Positions 19,623-28,472 of a stretch of 64,000 nucleotides of DNA are shown piece by piece (the first letter of the stretch is position 1; each line of letters starts with the position of its first letter). Origin of the DNA: a virus. The position numbers were made by a program, and so were the translations under genes. The stretch is from positions 3,850 to 67,849 of IMG/VR virus record IMGVR_UViG_3300030406_002001, one strand, 5' to 3'. The notes below the pieces were generated by a model, which worked only from the letters and a program-made list of their open reading frames with translations, searched no databases and was not told the origin of the DNA.

Positions 19623-19624
19623 CA

Positions 19625-19855
19625 ATGATAAACATAATTAAACGATTAGATAAAATTATAGATGATTTAAACTGCATGGATATTGAGCATACTAAAAATG
19701 TGGATATATTTGAAATGACAAAAGAGTTATCAGAAATACAAAAAGAATTAACAAAACCTATTGAAATATATAGAAACGATAGGTGGATTTATGATGTTCA
19801 ACCTAATTTTAATTGGACAATTATAGATGCTGATAAACCTTGTGATACAGAATGA
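19625..19855 (+). CDS. Early hypothetical protein
   Basis: Contiguous in operon. Confidence 0.55.
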   Translation: MINIIKRLDKIIDDLNCMDIEHTKNVDIFEMTKELSEIQKELTKPIEIYRNDRWIYDVQPNFNWTIIDADKPCDTE

Positions 19856-20339
19856 ATATGATTAAAACACTAACATTATTTTTTGTAAGTGTATTATCAA
19901 TACAAATATTATTGTCATGGTTGGTTTTATGAATGATGAATTAAAAAAACTTATAGAAGAATATAATCAAGCATTAGCAAACCAATCAGACAAATGCGAA
20001 ATAACATTAGCATCTAAAATTACGAGTCTTGGCTATAGAATGGGTTATGATACATTAGAACAAATAATAGAAGATTATGATGAAGAAACTTGATGAAATA
20101 GAATTACAGTTAAGAAAAGTTGTTATGAGTTTGGAAAGCAAACATAAACCAATAGTTATTAATGATCTATTACAAGATTTGCATGGTATATTAAATTATA
20201 TAGAAAATGAAAAAGAATAAGTCTGACAATTTGTTATGTGTGCCGCTTACTTTTGTTATAACTGATAAAGGCACAAAAAGATATGATTATAATGCTATGA
20301 TTAGTTATTTTTATAATCGTTTAACACTTCTGGGGTATA

Positions 20340-20582
20340 ATGAAGAAAACAAATAAGCAAAGAAGTTTACAATGCGATAGATGTAAAAATTATTTTGATG
20401 TAAACAAAAACAATATGTATGCAATAGGGATTAGACATGGCATTGTTTGTTTAGATTGTTGGAATAAAACTATGCAAGAAGTTACCGACCAACAAACAAA
20501 AACACAAAAAGGAACTGAAAGACAATTTAATCTGGGTGGCTATGATAATCAAATCTATAAGAGCAACACAGAGAAAGATTAA
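20340..20582 (+). CDS. Small Zn-finger protein
   Basis: CDRC...CLDC. Confidence 0.55.
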   Translation: MKKTNKQRSLQCDRCKNYFDVNKNNMYAIGIRHGIVCLDCWNKTMQEVTDQQTKTQKGTERQFNLGGYDNQIYKSNTEKD

Positions 20583-20588
20583 ACACCC

Positions 20589-20891
20589 CTAACGACTCAA
20601 ACTACCTAAAATATCTAACACTTCTTGTAGTAACTTCATTTGGCTACCAAAACGATTTTCAAATTTTTTTGGTGAATAATGGTAACTTTCGTTAGAATTT
20701 CGGTGGTGATTAGGACATAAAGGTAAAACAAGGTAATGACTAGACCTTTTCCCCATACCTGTTTTATTTCTTATGTGATGAATTTCGGCTGGTGTATCAT
20801 GAAAACCTAATTTTCTACAAACTATGCAGCCAATACTTGCAACTCTTTCCATGTGTTTCTGTTCTTTAAGTGTTGGTTTTTTTTTAGGCAT
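20589..20891 (-). CDS. Ref/DUF968-like HNH nuclease
   Basis: GCIVC...PAEIHH...GMG...LPLCPNHHR. Confidence 0.8.
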   Translation of the reverse strand: MPKKKPTLKEQKHMERVASIGCIVCRKLGFHDTPAEIHHIRNKTGMGKRSSHYLVLPLCPNHHRNSNESYHYSPKKFENRFGSQMKLLQEVLDILGSLSR

Positions 20892-21894
20892 TAAAAATAC
20901 TTAATTGATTTTCATTTTTTTCTACAATATTTCCTGACATATAATCTAAATATTCTTTCCAAGTTTTATGTCTATAATATTGCCTAACAACATATCTTTG
21001 AAATTGTTTTAAATCTTTTTTTTGTTGAAGTGGGTCATAGACCATTGGATAAGGTAGAACACCTATATCAACCATTTTATTAAAACGATACCAAATTCTT
21101 TCCCAAGTTTCTCTTTTATCATATCCAATTAACATATATGCCATTATGTGATTAGGTTTAACACCATTTTTTATCAACAAGTCTACACCTTTAAAAAATC
21201 TTTTTTCATCTCCAATATTATCCCAAGCTGTATAAATTCTTTTTTGTTTAAAACTATCATCTCTATAATCTATAGTAACTAAATTTTCAGCTACAATTTC
21301 ATCTATTAATCTAATGTTTATTCCTTGATTAAAGCATACTTTAAAACCACCCTGTTGAATTTCTTTAATTCTTAATTTCCATTGTTCTTCTGGTTGACCA
21401 AAAAAATCGTTATCTAATAAATGTATTTTTTTAGGATATTTACCTCCTCTCCAAATATCATATATAGAACTTACTGATTTATTTTTACCTTCTTTAGTTG
21501 GAACAACACAAAATTTGCACTTTAATCTACACCCTCTTTGAGTAAAACCTAAACTAAATTCATAATCTGGATAAAAACTGTAATCTAATTTATCATAATC
21601 ACCTATATAATCTTCAATGACTAACTTCCAATTATCTGTGCCTGTACCACCAATAATTGCATCTGGATAATTTTTTTTTAATCTATTTATCCTGTTAATA
21701 CTAAATTGAAATATTGATGAACCAAAAACATAATCATATTCCTTGTCAAATAAATCTTTGTTAACTGACCTCGTAAAATCAACTTGATAACCTTTTTCTT
21801 TGTAATATGAGGACAATCTCATTAATGCAAGATTAGGTAATTTGCCATCTATTTGCACTAATTTTACAGATTTACCCATACTTTTTTCGTTCAC
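20884..21894 (-). CDS. Radical SAM protein
   Basis: TQRGCRLKCKFC (CxxxCxxC), LLDNDFF, PNLALMRLS N-terminal domain. Confidence 0.85.
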   Translation of the reverse strand: MNEKSMGKSVKLVQIDGKLPNLALMRLSSYYKEKGYQVDFTRSVNKDLFDKEYDYVFGSSIFQFSINRINRLKKNYPDAIIGGTGTDNWKLVIEDYIGDYDKLDYSFYPDYEFSLGFTQRGCRLKCKFCVVPTKEGKNKSVSSIYDIWRGGKYPKKIHLLDNDFFGQPEEQWKLRIKEIQQGGFKVCFNQGINIRLIDEIVAENLVTIDYRDDSFKQKRIYTAWDNIGDEKRFFKGVDLLIKNGVKPNHIMAYMLIGYDKRETWERIWYRFNKMVDIGVLPYPMVYDPLQQKKDLKQFQRYVVRQYYRHKTWKEYLDYMSGNIVEKNENQLSIFNA

Positions 21895-22213
21895 TCATAG
21901 CCGATATTTGATTGGTTCTCCAAAACTCGAATCTAATTTCTACCATTTTTTTTGACCAAGCAAGTTTTGATTCTTGTTCTACTGCATTTTTTAAGTCTTG
22001 ACACAGTTTAATATATTCTTCTTCTGCTCTTGATTCTAAATCAGCTTTTGCCACTGACATATTATTGGAAGAAGACAACTTATCTTTCATCATTTGAGCT
22101 AACCTTATTTTTCTATAGTGTTCAAGATAATTTAAATTAGCTTTTGCAATAGCATAGTCATTACCAATCTGTCTAATTTCCTCCATTCTTTTTTCTAATT
22201 CTTGTTCACTCAT
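21872..22213 (-). CDS. Coiled-coil hypothetical protein
   Basis: All-helical 113 aa in replication operon. Confidence 0.6.
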   Translation of the reverse strand: MSEQELEKRMEEIRQIGNDYAIAKANLNYLEHYRKIRLAQMMKDKLSSSNNMSVAKADLESRAEEEYIKLCQDLKNAVEQESKLAWSKKMVEIRFEFWRTNQISAMSERKKYG

Positions 22214-22428
22214 TTTTTTTCTCCCATATATTTATTAACACTCCATGCTAAAGAATCTATTTGTTCCCATATAAATTTAGGTTCACAATATTCAAAAAAC
22301 TCCCAAGCATTATCTGTAAGAAACTTATCAAGTTTTTCTTCTTCCCATTCTTCATAATCTGGTGGTAAGTGTTTACCTAAAAAATGACCACTTGCCCATA
22401 TATAATCTTGTGTAGTAGGTTCACTCAT
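22210..22428 (-). CDS. Acidic Trp-rich hypothetical protein
   Basis: ATGA coupling at both ends. Confidence 0.55.
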   Translation of the reverse strand: MSEPTTQDYIWASGHFLGKHLPPDYEEWEEEKLDKFLTDNAWEFFEYCEPKFIWEQIDSLAWSVNKYMGEKK

Positions 22429-23924
22429 AATCTTATTCCTTTTGCTTTTTTTATTTGTAAATGCTTCAGAAAGTTAAAAACTTCTGGTGTTGGTGGTGTG
22501 GGCAAGACCATTTTAGAATGGGGAAAGTGTTTATATTTTTCTCTAAAAGTATGACTTGCCCACCCCTCTTTATACCCTTTTTGTCTAGCAATAAACAATA
22601 GTTGGGCATAAAAACTTTTCTTATCTTCTGTTTTAATATTCTCTTTTGGTTTCTTAACTTCTTGTAATCTACCTTGCTTGATTAATAATTGCACTTCTTT
22701 CTTTGTTGGCACAAAATTACAGTTAGGACATTCTGGGTTTTCTTTTGTAGGTTTGTAAACAAAATCACATTTAATACAAGTAAAAGGTTGTTTGATTATT
22801 TCTTTTGGTTCTTTTAGTTTCTTCTTATCTTCTTTACTGTACTCTAGTTTCCATTCTCTTCTTTCATCTGGAAAACCATTTTCATAAACTGCACCGGCAT
22901 GATCTATAATCATGGTATCTTTTTTATTTGTGTATGGTCTTAAACTCCTACCAACCATTTGTAAATATAGACCTACACTTTTTGTTGGTCTGGCTAACAC
23001 TACACAAGATATTTTTGGCATATCCCAACCCTCTGTGAGTATCTGACAATTACATAACACTTTTATCTTATCATCTTGCATCATGTTTAGTTGTCTTTCT
23101 CTTTCTATGTCTGGCATTTCACTATCTATGTGTCCACTTGGTATGCCATTCTGATTAAATATTTTGCAAATATATTTACTGTGAGCAATACTACTAGCAA
23201 ATACTACTGTTGGTCTGTCAAGTGCAAACTGAATCCAATGCTCTACTAAATCACCAACTAATTTAACTTTGTTCATTCTCTTATCTAGTTCTTTTACATC
23301 ATAATCACCTCTTACTGTCGCAACACCTTTTAAATCTGGTATTGTTGGTGCAAAAACTTTACATGGAACTAAAAAACCTTGTGTTGTTAGAGTTTTAATA
23401 TCACTAACTTCAACCAATGTATCATATATATCCCCTAAACCACTTGAGTCATTTCGCAGAGGGGTAGCAGTTAAACCTACAACATAAGCATCTGGATATT
23501 CTGCTAATAATTTTCTGAATGATTTGCTTGTTGACCTATGTGCTTCATCTATAATTAATAAATCAGCTTTGGGTTTATAAAAATCATCATCATCTTTTCT
23601 TGATATAAATGTTTGAATACTTGCTATCTGTGTATCGTAATGCCATACACCTGTTATACCTGCCATAATTACACCTGCATTTATACCAAACTGATGTAGC
23701 TTTGTTGAACATTGTTTCACAAGTTCCCTCCTATGTGCAACAAACAAACTTGATTTGTTTTTTTGCTCTACCTTTTCTATCATCCTACTGGCAATAACTG
23801 TCTTACCAGAGCCAGTTGGTGCAACTAATAAAACTTTTTTGCACCCTCTAGCAAATTGTTCCTTTACATTTTGTATTGCAAACTCTTGATATTTACGAAG
23901 TTCCATACCTATTCCATATATCAT
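22425..23924 (-). CDS. SF2 DEAH helicase with Zn ribbon
   Basis: APTGSGKT, DEAH, TATP, QMVGRSLR, CIKC..CPNC. Confidence 0.92.
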   Translation of the reverse strand: MIYGIGMELRKYQEFAIQNVKEQFARGCKKVLLVAPTGSGKTVIASRMIEKVEQKNKSSLFVAHRRELVKQCSTKLHQFGINAGVIMAGITGVWHYDTQIASIQTFISRKDDDDFYKPKADLLIIDEAHRSTSKSFRKLLAEYPDAYVVGLTATPLRNDSSGLGDIYDTLVEVSDIKTLTTQGFLVPCKVFAPTIPDLKGVATVRGDYDVKELDKRMNKVKLVGDLVEHWIQFALDRPTVVFASSIAHSKYICKIFNQNGIPSGHIDSEMPDIERERQLNMMQDDKIKVLCNCQILTEGWDMPKISCVVLARPTKSVGLYLQMVGRSLRPYTNKKDTMIIDHAGAVYENGFPDERREWKLEYSKEDKKKLKEPKEIIKQPFTCIKCDFVYKPTKENPECPNCNFVPTKKEVQLLIKQGRLQEVKKPKENIKTEDKKSFYAQLLFIARQKGYKEGWASHTFREKYKHFPHSKMVLPTPPTPEVFNFLKHLQIKKAKGIRL

Positions 23925-24708
23925 TTAATTGAAACATAACTTCACTATAACTTTCTGGAGGGTTGCACTTGTTAGCAAATGTCAATACTTGATCTTTTGC
24001 ATACTCATACGACTCACCTCTCATTCTCATAGCAACTAACATCTTAACAAGATATTCATGCCTACCACCTAATCCTACACCTCTAACTTGAAAATCCTTG
24101 TTTCTTGTATAATTAGTAGGGTTGTATTTTATTATTTTTTTCTTTGGTCTTTGCAAAGCTAGTCCATCTCTAATATCTTTCATTGTATATGGTGTTGTAA
24201 TGTTTTGCTTAACTATCTTAACAGGATATGGTTTTTTTTTATTGTGCCAAAAACCTGCAACCCTCATTATTCTTGGTAAATCTTTTACTGCCCTATCTGA
24301 CCCAAACTTACTTGCTAATGCTTGTTGATATAATGTAAAGGTTTCTTTTGGCATATCATCTACCAACCAATAAACATGATATTTATTTGGACTTGTATTT
24401 ATTATAAAATGTGGTGGTACATCAAACTTATCCGGCATGGGTGTACCATCAAAATCACAAAATACTGCTCTTACTTTTGTTATATGTTTTGTAGTCCTAC
24501 CCTCTAAATTAGTTTGGTTTACTGTAAAATATACACCTGCACCTTTTTTGTTAAGTTCAGTAAGCTCATCTATATGCTGATCTATTGTGCCATGTAATTG
24601 TTTTATAATTCTTTTATTCTTTCCTTTATCACAAAAGGTCTGAAAACTATGCTCTTCTCCAAAAGGATATAAGAAATCTTTGTATTGCACTATCTTTGCT
24701 CCCACCAA
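23893..24708 (-). CDS. RepB-type AEP primase with PriCT-like C-terminus
   Basis: GVYFTVN, FCDFD, TSPNKYHVYW, DLPRIMRVAGF. Confidence 0.85.
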   Translation of the reverse strand: MVGAKIVQYKDFLYPFGEEHSFQTFCDKGKNKRIIKQLHGTIDQHIDELTELNKKGAGVYFTVNQTNLEGRTTKHITKVRAVFCDFDGTPMPDKFDVPPHFIINTSPNKYHVYWLVDDMPKETFTLYQQALASKFGSDRAVKDLPRIMRVAGFWHNKKKPYPVKIVKQNITTPYTMKDIRDGLALQRPKKKIIKYNPTNYTRNKDFQVRGVGLGGRHEYLVKMLVAMRMRGESYEYAKDQVLTFANKCNPPESYSEVMFQLNDIWNRYGTS

Positions 24709-24748
24709 AAAATGAACAATCCTAACAAAATGTATATTAATACTAAAA

Positions 24749-25126
24749 TCATTTTATATTCTTCCACCTTATTCTTGCACCCAACTTTCCTGCTTTACTT
24801 CTTTTTATTCTATTTAGTTCTTGTTCTTTTCTTTCTTCCTCTGCTTGGATACATTGTAAATATATTTTACCATTCTTTTCAACTTGCTTAAATAAATGTA
24901 TTATGTTTGGAATCATGGTCTTTAGTTTATCAATCCTACAATTACACATTCTGCTTAACACCTCTACATCATATTCTATCTCAAAACCTTGCCAACAATG
25001 GCAATACAGTAATATATATGCACCTTGCTCTTCTAATGATAATCTTAATCTGTCCGGATTTGTTAGCCAATCACTAGCATAAAACTGAAAAGCAGGTGAT
25101 TGTTCATGACTTCTTGATTTTCGCAT
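24749..25126 (-). CDS. DUF1376/YdaU-like initiator N-terminal domain (short form)
   Basis: PAFQFYASDWL, LSLEEQGAYILL, RSKAGKLGARIRW then stop. Confidence 0.8.
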   Translation of the reverse strand: MRKSRSHEQSPAFQFYASDWLTNPDRLRLSLEEQGAYILLYCHCWQGFEIEYDVEVLSRMCNCRIDKLKTMIPNIIHLFKQVEKNGKIYLQCIQAEEERKEQELNRIKRSKAGKLGARIRWKNIK

Positions 25127-25131
25127 AGTTG

Positions 25132-25162
25132 TTAATGTAAGTTAACTGCAACATATTGTCAA
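25132..25162 (-). promoter_or_regulatory. Replication-operon promoter (leaderless) with operator
   Basis: TTGACA-17-TACATT, ATG 7 nt later; TTAACTTACATTAA overlaps -10. Confidence 0.75.
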
Positions 25163-25204
25163 CTTTTTTTTAAAATTAGGTGTAAGTGTTGTTATATCTT
25201 GTGT

Positions 25205-25305
25205 AGAAGTTGAAGGTGAAGATGAAGATGAAGGTGAAGATGAAGGGCTATAATTTGCCATTGGCAAAAAATAGCAATCCTATAACAATGCTATGGCAAT
25301 GCTAT
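25205..25305. repeat. Putative replication origin: (TGAAGR)6 tract plus 11-bp iterons
   Basis: Hexamers 25211-25246; palindrome TTTGCCATTGGCAAA 25254-25268; ATAGCAATCCT/ATAACAATGCT/ATGGCAATGCT 25271-25303. Confidence 0.7.
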
Positions 25306-25344
25306 GCTCTAAAACCCTTACTCACATTGACTTACAAATAATTG

Positions 25345-25373
25345 TTGACTTAGGTTAAATGATGTGATATAAT
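25345..25373 (+). promoter_or_regulatory. Near-consensus promoter with operator
   Basis: TTGACT-17-TATAAT with TG extension; TTGACTTAGGTTAA covers -35. Confidence 0.8.
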
Positions 25374-25397
25374 ATTATAGTAAAGGGGGTGATATTT

Positions 25398-25562
25398 TTG
25401 ACACAAATGAATACAAAAAAATATGCTAGTGAATGGTTAAATAATTTTTGTCATAGATTAATAAAAGACATTAAAAGTTCAAAATCATTTAGTGCTAATT
25501 ACAAAAAGAATATGAATGAAGAAATGAACAATATTCAATATCTTTTAAAAGTTGGAAAATAA
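25398..25562 (+). CDS. 54-aa monocistronic hypothetical protein
   Basis: Own promoter, AAGGGGG RBS, TTG start (or ATG 25407), own terminator. Confidence 0.6.
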   Translation: MTQMNTKKYASEWLNNFCHRLIKDIKSSKSFSANYKKNMNEEMNNIQYLLKVGK

Positions 25563-25565
25563 ATT

Positions 25566-25592
25566 AAAGGGGGAGTTCACAGCTCCCCTTTT
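25566..25592. terminator. Bidirectional terminator
   Basis: GGGGAG-TTCACAG-CTCCCC flanked by A and T runs between convergent genes. Confidence 0.75.
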
Positions 25593-25788
25593 AAAATTTT
25601 AAATCTGGTCTAATATAATCTACTGTATAATCACCAAAATTAGCAATTTGAAATGCTCTTAACTGTGGGATCACTTCCCATTTAGATACGGCAGGGTGTG
25701 AAATTTTCAGCAACCTAGATAAATTCTTACCACCACCATATTTAGTGATGACTTCTTGTTTTCTTTCTATGGCTAATTCATAACTCAT
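25591..25788 (-). CDS. cro: Cro-like HTH regulator
   Basis: YGGGKNLSRLLKISHPAVSKW..IPQLRAFQI. Confidence 0.8.
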   Translation of the reverse strand: MSYELAIERKQEVITKYGGGKNLSRLLKISHPAVSKWEVIPQLRAFQIANFGDYTVDYIRPDLKF

Positions 25789-25795
25789 AATACAT

Positions 25796-25861
25796 ATATT
25801 ATAATTTTATTAACTTTTGTCAATATATTGTTGACATATTATTAGAGTTAACTTATATTAA
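25796..25861. promoter_or_regulatory. Divergent promoters with two operators
   Basis: Minus TTGACA-16-TAATAT; plus TTGACA-17-TATATT; operators 25810-25823 and 25848-25861. Confidence 0.75.
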
Positions 25862-25889
25862 TTAGATAATTATAACAAAAGGGAAAACA

Positions 25890-26486
25890 ATGAGTTTAAT
25901 AATAAAAGATGATAGCCAACAATCTAAGTACCCCCAACTATCAATAGGGGTTCATAATGCTAGATGTATTAGAGTTATAGATTTAGGCACACAGAGAAAT
26001 GAATATAAGGGGGAAGTGTCTTGGAAAAGAAAAGTTATGATAACTTGGGAAGTCCACAACAAAGATTCTGAAGAACCTTTTGAGATTAGTAAATTTTATA
26101 ATCACAGTATGTATGAGAAGGCAAATCTTTCCATAGATTTAGTTTCTTGGAGAGGTAGACCTTTTACAGAAAGAGAAAAAAAGGGTTTTGATATAGGCAA
26201 TCTTGTTGGCAAAGTATGTCAATTAAATGTTATAGAGGGTAATAATGGTAAACCAAAAATTCAAACTGTACTACCAACTAAAGATGAAGTAGGTATTCAA
26301 TATAACAAATCATTGGTTTTTAGTATTGAAGACTATCAAAAAGGTGAGCTTAAAATCTTCAATCAATTAAGAGAAGGTATAAGAAATATGATATTAGAGT
26401 CAAAAGAACTTGAAGGACAATCTCAAGAAGATGTAAAAGAACATGGAGAAAGTGATATAGAGCCAGATGATGCAGTACCATTTTAA
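25890..26486 (+). CDS. SSB-like protein (NGO0469 family)
   Basis: ARCIRVIDLGTQ, SWRGRPFT, acidic tail ending DDAVPF. Confidence 0.75.
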   Translation: MSLIIKDDSQQSKYPQLSIGVHNARCIRVIDLGTQRNEYKGEVSWKRKVMITWEVHNKDSEEPFEISKFYNHSMYEKANLSIDLVSWRGRPFTEREKKGFDIGNLVGKVCQLNVIEGNNGKPKIQTVLPTKDEVGIQYNKSLVFSIEDYQKGELKIFNQLREGIRNMILESKELEGQSQEDVKEHGESDIEPDDAVPF

Positions 26487-26493
26487 TAGTAAT

Positions 26494-26631
26494 ATGATAG
26501 AATATTATAACAAAGAGGGGTATATAGTTAGTTCTTCCGGAAAACTTATTTTAGATCATAAAGGCAATAAAATATTTGTTCCAAAAGAATACAGAGATAA
26601 ATCTAATATGTGGCAAGAATGGAGTAAATAA
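26494..26631 (+). CDS. 45-aa hypothetical protein
   Basis: Manual ORF MIEYYNKEGY... filling the gap. Confidence 0.45.
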   Translation: MIEYYNKEGYIVSSSGKLILDHKGNKIFVPKEYRDKSNMWQEWSK

Positions 26632-26835
26632 ATGGAAACATTAATAATAGGATTGGCAATTAATTTATACACATGGAGTAATGCAGATTTCTTTGTGCAT
26701 AGAAAAAATAATGAAAGACAATATAAATGTGTATGGGTTGATAAAGGTTGGTCAAAAGCTGACAAAAATAATCCATCAATTACTATACTTGGGTACAGTA
26801 AGTACAAGCACCATTGCACATCAAAAGAAAAATAA
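26632..26835 (+). CDS. Small 2-Cys exported-type protein (cassette gene 1)
   Basis: Hydrophobic N-terminus; homologous to 60913-61107. Confidence 0.7.
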   Translation: METLIIGLAINLYTWSNADFFVHRKNNERQYKCVWVDKGWSKADKNNPSITILGYSKYKHHCTSKEK

Positions 26836-27050
26836 TGTTCAAGATATTTATTATTACACTTTGGTTGGAATATGATGGAAAACTATTCATGAAGTATGCT
26901 TTGCCCTTACAAACAAAATGTAATTTTATAACTTGGTGGAATATTCAAGAACAATTTTCCAAAACCCCCTATCATGCAGTTGCTATGAAATGCACAAGAA
27001 TAAAAGACTTTAGAATAGATAAAAGGATATACAATAGTGAAACTTACTAA
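26835..27050 (+). CDS. Small 2-Cys protein (cassette gene 2)
   Basis: Start MFKIFII by TAATG coupling; homologous to 61107-61316. Confidence 0.75.
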   Translation: MFKIFIITLWLEYDGKLFMKYALPLQTKCNFITWWNIQEQFSKTPYHAVAMKCTRIKDFRIDKRIYNSETY

Positions 27051-27924
27051 TAAAATGAACCTTCCCCTAGCTATCAAGAGAGCAGTAGAAAACGATCCTT
27101 ATGACCCCTCTGGATCAGATATATCTACTACTCGCTTGATAGCACCCCCTTTAATTAGATACCTAGAAATCAAGCATCAAGATGAAATAGAAGAAGATGT
27201 TGCAGATAGAATATGGGCATTACTTGGTTCATCAGTACATCATGTAATTGAAAGAGCAAAGATAGAAAACGATTTAGCAGAAATACGATTGTTCTACAAA
27301 GATGATGATATAACGAATGGTTGGACATTATCTGGACAATTTGATTACATAACAAGTGAAGGAGATTTAATTGATTTTAAAACTACTTCTGCTTGGTCAG
27401 CACTAGATGCTTTGCAAAATGGCAAAGATGAGTGGGAGGAACAACTAAATATATTATATTTTTTAGCAAAGAACAATCCGGATAAAGTTAATGTAAAGAT
27501 AAACAAATTATATATTATAGCTATATTAAGAGATTGGTCTAAGATACAAGCAAGAAAATCTGATAACTACCCACAAGCACAAGTAGTTCAAATACCTATT
27601 AGGTTGTGGTCAAATGAAGAACAAGAACATTTTATTAAAGAAAGAATAAGATTACATCAAAAAGCTGATGCAGAAGAGCCAGATATATGTTCTCCTAAAG
27701 AAAGATGGAGAAAAGAAGATAGCTTTGCAGTTATGAAAGATGGTAGAAAGTCTGCACTAAGGGTATTACCAACTTTAAATGCTGCCAAAGAATATTTAAA
27801 AGAAAAAAATATGCAAGAGGGTAAGGGTTGTTTAATAGTACATAGAGCAGGTGAAGATGTTAGATGTGCTAAGTATTGTAGAGTCAATAAATGGTGTAAA
27901 CACTTTAATGACACTATATTTTAG
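27037..27924 (+). CDS. PD-(D/E)XK exonuclease (Cas4/AddB-like)
   Basis: LGSSVHH, SGQFD, LIDFKTTS, QLNI, C-terminal Cys cluster. Confidence 0.8.
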   Translation: MKLTNKMNLPLAIKRAVENDPYDPSGSDISTTRLIAPPLIRYLEIKHQDEIEEDVADRIWALLGSSVHHVIERAKIENDLAEIRLFYKDDDITNGWTLSGQFDYITSEGDLIDFKTTSAWSALDALQNGKDEWEEQLNILYFLAKNNPDKVNVKINKLYIIAILRDWSKIQARKSDNYPQAQVVQIPIRLWSNEEQEHFIKERIRLHQKADAEEPDICSPKERWRKEDSFAVMKDGRKSALRVLPTLNAAKEYLKEKNMQEGKGCLIVHRAGEDVRCAKYCRVNKWCKHFNDTIF

Positions 27925-27974
27925 TTAACTTAAATACACTTGCATAATCCAGAAATACCCCTAACATTGTCGTT

Positions 27975-28070
27975 ATGTGGGATAAAATTAAAAAAGTTAC
28001 AAAGACTTGGACTATCTATAATTGGGTAGAAATTAGTTTACTACTACTAATCTTGTGGAATGTTTGGTAG
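27975..28070 (+). CDS. 31-aa membrane peptide heading the lysis cassette
   Basis: MWDKIKKVTKTWTIYNWVEISLLLLILWNVW; TTGCAT-16-TAACAT promoter 7 nt upstream; stop abuts holin ATG. Confidence 0.55.
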   Translation: MWDKIKKVTKTWTIYNWVEISLLLLILWNVW

Positions 28071-28472
28071 ATGTTACCTATTGGTTCAATAGTAAGTGTA
28101 GCAGGAAAAATTATCGATCAGTTTGTTGAGGACAAAGACCTTAAAACAAAGATCAATGGTGAGCTAAAAAAACAAATCAATGAGCTTGATAAAAAACAAG
28201 CTGAAATCAACTTAGAACAAGCTAAACACCCAAGTCTTTTTGTTGCAGGAGCTAGACCTTGCATCATGTGGATATGTGCATTAGGTATCTTCACTAACTT
28301 TTTCTTTATGCCTATTGCTGAATGGATAGCAATTATGGTTGATCCTACTATAAAACTCCCAGACCTAAACACAGGGGAGCTTATGACTCTAACTTTATCT
28401 TTATTGGGACTTGGTGGACTTCGTAGCTATGAAAAGTCAAAAGGTATAGCTAGAGATAACATGAAAAAATAA
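28071..28472 (+). CDS. Holin (GTA 3TM type)
   Basis: SLFVAGARP, LLGLGGLRSYEK. Confidence 0.85.
   Translation: MLPIGSIVSVAGKIIDQFVEDKDLKTKINGELKKQINELDKKQAEINLEQAKHPSLFVAGARPCIMWICALGIFTNFFFMPIAEWIAIMVDPTIKLPDLNTGELMTLTLSLLGLGGLRSYEKSKGIARDNMKK

Noticed and set aside
25205-25305. CRISPR array or Ser-rich 39-aa gene (25142-25261, minus strand)
   Set aside because: Repeats are 6- and 11-bp tandem units with no spacers; the ORF lacks an RBS and overlaps a promoter, so an origin explains it better
27037-27924. CRISPR-associated Cas4
   Set aside because: No cas1/cas2 or array; it sits beside an SSB-like gene as a standard phage recombination exonuclease
17900-28000. Integrated prophage with att sites
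   Set aside because: No integrase, tRNA or host genes recognised anywhere in the window
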